Assembly (NCBI GenBank): GCA_963728565.1
Contig: CAVSLC010000014.1
Span: 64,001 to 128,000 of the forward strand
Reading direction: 5' to 3'
Source: an uncultured delta proteobacterium
GTDB lineage: Bacteria > Desulfobacterota > Binatia > UBA9968
Length of the DNA: 64,000 bases
Part shown: positions 61,533-64,000 of the stretch, in pieces
Layout of the letters: every line of letters begins with the position of its first letter
How positions within the stretch are numbered: position 1 is the first letter of the stretch
Notes under the pieces: model-generated
The model's database searches: none
Seen by the model: only the letters and a program-made list of their open reading frames with translations
What the model was told of the DNA's origin: nothing
Program-made: the position numbers and the translations under genes

Positions 61533-62411
61533 ATGAAGAATCCGCGCTACGATTACAGTCCCATCATCGGTCGAGAAAAAATCGCCTGGCCCGACAATGG
61601 CCGCATCGCCCTTTGGGTGGCGCCTAATATTGAATACTTTCATTTCGATATGCCGATTCGCGGCTCAGGCAGCAATCATAAGCCGGACGTGCCGGGATAT
61701 ACCCTGCGCGACTACGGATCACGGGTGGGCGTATTCCGGATCATGAATGTGCTCGATAGATTCGGAATACGCGCCAGCGTTCTGCTCAATGCCGAGGTGT
61801 GTGAACACCATCCCCAGATTATTGCGGAAGGCAATAAACGCAACTGGGAATGGCTCGGTCATGGTTTGACCAACAGCGTGTCGATGCTGGATTACTCGGC
61901 TGATGAAGAGCGTGGAATCATCCACAAGGTTAGAGAAACTATCACTGCAGCGACCGGCAAAGAGCCAAAAGGTTGGCTAGGTCCCGGACTGGGCGAGACA
62001 TTCGATACGCCGGATCATCTCGCCGCCGAAGGCTTCGAATACGTTTGCGACTGGGGCAACGACGAGCAGCCTACGCCGATGCGGGTGAAGACAGGGAGAA
62101 TGATCGTCGTGCCCTACGAACTCGGTGTTAACGACATCAGGGTCTTCAATCGCGAGAACCACACGGCCGAACAATATTACCGAATGGTGTGCGATCACTT
62201 CGACACGCTTTACCGCGACAGCGTTTCCGGCGGCCGGGTGCTTTGTCTGCCGCTGCATCCGTTCGTAATCGGCCTGCCGTTTCGAATTTCATATCTGGAG
62301 AAGGCGCTCGATTACATTTGCTCTCATGACGGCGTCTGGCGCACAACCAGTGGAGAAATTGCCGAGTGGTATTATAAGAACTACTATAAAGATCCGGGAA
62401 AATCGGCTTAG
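61533..62411 (+). CDS. Polysaccharide deacetylase / PuuE-like protein
   Basis: YSPI..R, WPDNGRIA, RDYGSRVG, WEWLGHG, GWLGPGL, LHPF. Confidence 0.9.
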   Translation: MKNPRYDYSPIIGREKIAWPDNGRIALWVAPNIEYFHFDMPIRGSGSNHKPDVPGYTLRDYGSRVGVFRIMNVLDRFGIRASVLLNAEVCEHHPQIIAEGNKRNWEWLGHGLTNSVSMLDYSADEERGIIHKVRETITAATGKEPKGWLGPGLGETFDTPDHLAAEGFEYVCDWGNDEQPTPMRVKTGRMIVVPYELGVNDIRVFNRENHTAEQYYRMVCDHFDTLYRDSVSGGRVLCLPLHPFVIGLPFRISYLEKALDYICSHDGVWRTTSGEIAEWYYKNYYKDPGKSA

Positions 62412-62470
62412 GATTGGGGCCGCAGATGCGACCCAATGGTGTCCGGGTTTTGTGGGGATCCGCAACGCGG

Positions 62471-63025
62471 TCAAGGTTGATCCGAAGCTTTCTTAGTCAT
62501 ATTTGACTCTGTCTCTTCGATTTTCTCCAAGACCTTTTCCGGATCAACATCTTTCTTCAATTCAGCCAGCTCCGGGTGGTCGGATGCGGCTTCTATTCCC
62601 ATGCGCTCGGCCATGGCGGTGACGAGGCTGATCAATCGGGTTACTTCGTGTTCAGCCAAAAGACTGATGTGCAGGTCGAGGTCGGCGCGACGGTCGGCTT
62701 GGGCAGCCATCCGATTCTGCGTGATCAGCACGAAGGTCGAAAGAAAAATCGCTTCCACTGATGCAAACATCGCCAGAACAACAAAAGTTGGATCGAACGT
62801 CGGTAGCGGTGTCCATCCGAGATTAACAATGATCCAAACGCCGAAACCGATTAAGTGTATGTAGACAAAAATCATACTGCCGGCAAAGCGGCTTATTGCA
62901 TCCGCTATTCGGTCTTGAACGCCTTTTGTCTTTTCCTCCTGGTTACGCCGGGATAGCAGGGCTTGAATGTTTCTCTCAACCACATCTGCCATATCGCCGG
63001 ATTCGCGGGTTATGTTTTTGCTCAT
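62471..63025 (-). CDS. DUF1003 membrane protein
   Basis: RIAD...FAGS, FDP.F..L, SVEAIFLSTFVLITQNR, LLAEHE. Confidence 0.9.
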   Translation of the reverse strand: MSKNITRESGDMADVVERNIQALLSRRNQEEKTKGVQDRIADAISRFAGSMIFVYIHLIGFGVWIIVNLGWTPLPTFDPTFVVLAMFASVEAIFLSTFVLITQNRMAAQADRRADLDLHISLLAEHEVTRLISLVTAMAERMGIEAASDHPELAELKKDVDPEKVLEKIEETESNMTKKASDQP

Positions 63026-63271
63026 GGCTTCTACTTCGATAAGTGAATGGTTGGTTTCGTGCGCCGTGGTAAAGTGAATATCAAGATTCTAACTCCTCCA
63101 AGTCATTTAGCTACCCCCGGGCCGCTGGTCGGCATCATGTAACCGGTTCATTCGCTGTGACGCGGCGAAAATGGTCGACATACTAAAGTAGAGTAGGGGT
63201 CGACTTTAACTTGTTGCTTGCTCCGTGATATCCATCGAAATAGAGCGCCTTTTTTGGATAGGAGACCGATT

Positions 63272-64000
63272 ATGGATGGTGGTCGAGCAAAGAAGCTTGC
63301 CCTGGAAAACATCGAGAGCAACAGTGAACCGATTGCGCTGTTGTGCGACAACATCTTTTACTTTGCCGAGCTCGGCATGCAGGAGTTCGAGACCTCCGGA
63401 TTGATGATGCAGATCCTCGAGAAAGCCGGATTCACCATCGAGCGCAACCCATCGGGAATGCCGACGGGGTTCATAGCGCGTTACGGGTCGGGCAAGCCGG
63501 TGATTGCGCTGCACACGGAATTCGATGCGACTCCGGGGTGCTCCCAGGCGCCCGGTGTGGCGGAGCCGACGCCGATTGTCGACGGCGCTCCAGGGCATAC
63601 CGAGGGGCACAACGTCAATGGCGCGGTGATGATCGCCGCGGCGTTGGCGATCAAAAAGACCATCGATGAATTCGGCATCAAGGGCACCCTGAAAGTTTTC
63701 GGCGCCCCCGCGGAAGAGCAGCTCGTCAGCCGTCCGTATTTTGTGCGCGACGGCTATTTCAAAGATGTCGATGTGGCATTGCACGATCATATCGGCAAAG
63801 AGCTCGGCACTGTTTACGGCTTGCGGCAGTATGCGCTTATTTCCGCTGAGTTCACTTTCAAGGGACAGAGCGCCCATGCCGCCACCGCGCCCTGGAACGC
63901 CCGCGATGCTTTGGACGCGGCGGTGCTGATGGACATCGGCTGGGATAAACTGCGAGAGCACTTGGAGCCCACTCAGCGAAGCCATCGGGTGATCACCAAC
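63272..64000 (+). CDS. M20 amidohydrolase (AbgB-like), 3'-truncated by the window edge; absent from the ORF track
   Basis: AGGAG + ATG at 63272; FAELGMQEFET, MPTGF, GSGKPVI, EFDA.PG, GHTEGHN, APAEE, SAHAA.APW, ALDA. Confidence 0.9.
   Translation, partial: MDGGRAKKLALENIESNSEPIALLCDNIFYFAELGMQEFETSGLMMQILEKAGFTIERNPSGMPTGFIARYGSGKPVIALHTEFDATPGCSQAPGVAEPTPIVDGAPGHTEGHNVNGAVMIAAALAIKKTIDEFGIKGTLKVFGAPAEEQLVSRPYFVRDGYFKDVDVALHDHIGKELGTVYGLRQYALISAEFTFKGQSAHAATAPWNARDALDAAVLMDIGWDKLREHLEPTQRSHRVITN

Noticed and set aside
43399-63985. Long antisense ORFs (43399-44325, 46494-47432, 49359-50333, 51755-52702, 59774-60613, 63206-63985)
   Set aside because: Shadows of well-supported opposite-strand genes in GC-rich DNA; no recognisable motifs

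Overview
Bacterial chromosomal window. The gene content (very many NMT1/SsuA-type binding proteins, PuuE-like deacetylases, hydantoinase/oxoprolinase enzymes, LLM and Rieske oxygenases) resembles Candidatus Binatota-type organisms; this is inference, no search was run. A tRNA-Gly(CCC) at 18052-18126 (-) divides the window. Left of it (1-18 kb, off the tRNA 3' end) is an island-like catabolic region in which almost every gene carries frameshifts or stops: binding proteins, deacetylase + LacI, ComD/ComE-like TPP decarboxylase, Rieske oxygenase, beta-propeller, UbiD, GST. Right of it most genes are intact: aldo/keto reductase, deacetylase, ExxHGH-type PTPS, yqeC-mocA, pyrD, NIPSNAP, GT2 + TPR/beta-barrel, frmA, coxS-M-G without coxL, crotonase, OmpA-domain protein, rlmE, galT, glmUS, YihY, AsmA, livHMGF, an acetone-carboxylase-like pair whose alpha subunit is fused to a gamma-like Zn domain, more binding proteins, LLM, an SsuC-type permease, a sodium:solute symporter-DUF294 operon and a partial M20 amidohydrolase. 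Best candidates for novelty: the fused acetone-carboxylase-like enzyme with an embedded binding protein; a hub-and-spoke layout (ten binding proteins for one compatible permease; CoxS/M without a catalytic subunit, near yqeC-mocA); a possible orphan IS110-type end; a 125-bp MITE pair; and inverted 9-mer arrays. No CRISPR array, rRNA, intact transposase or integrase was seen.
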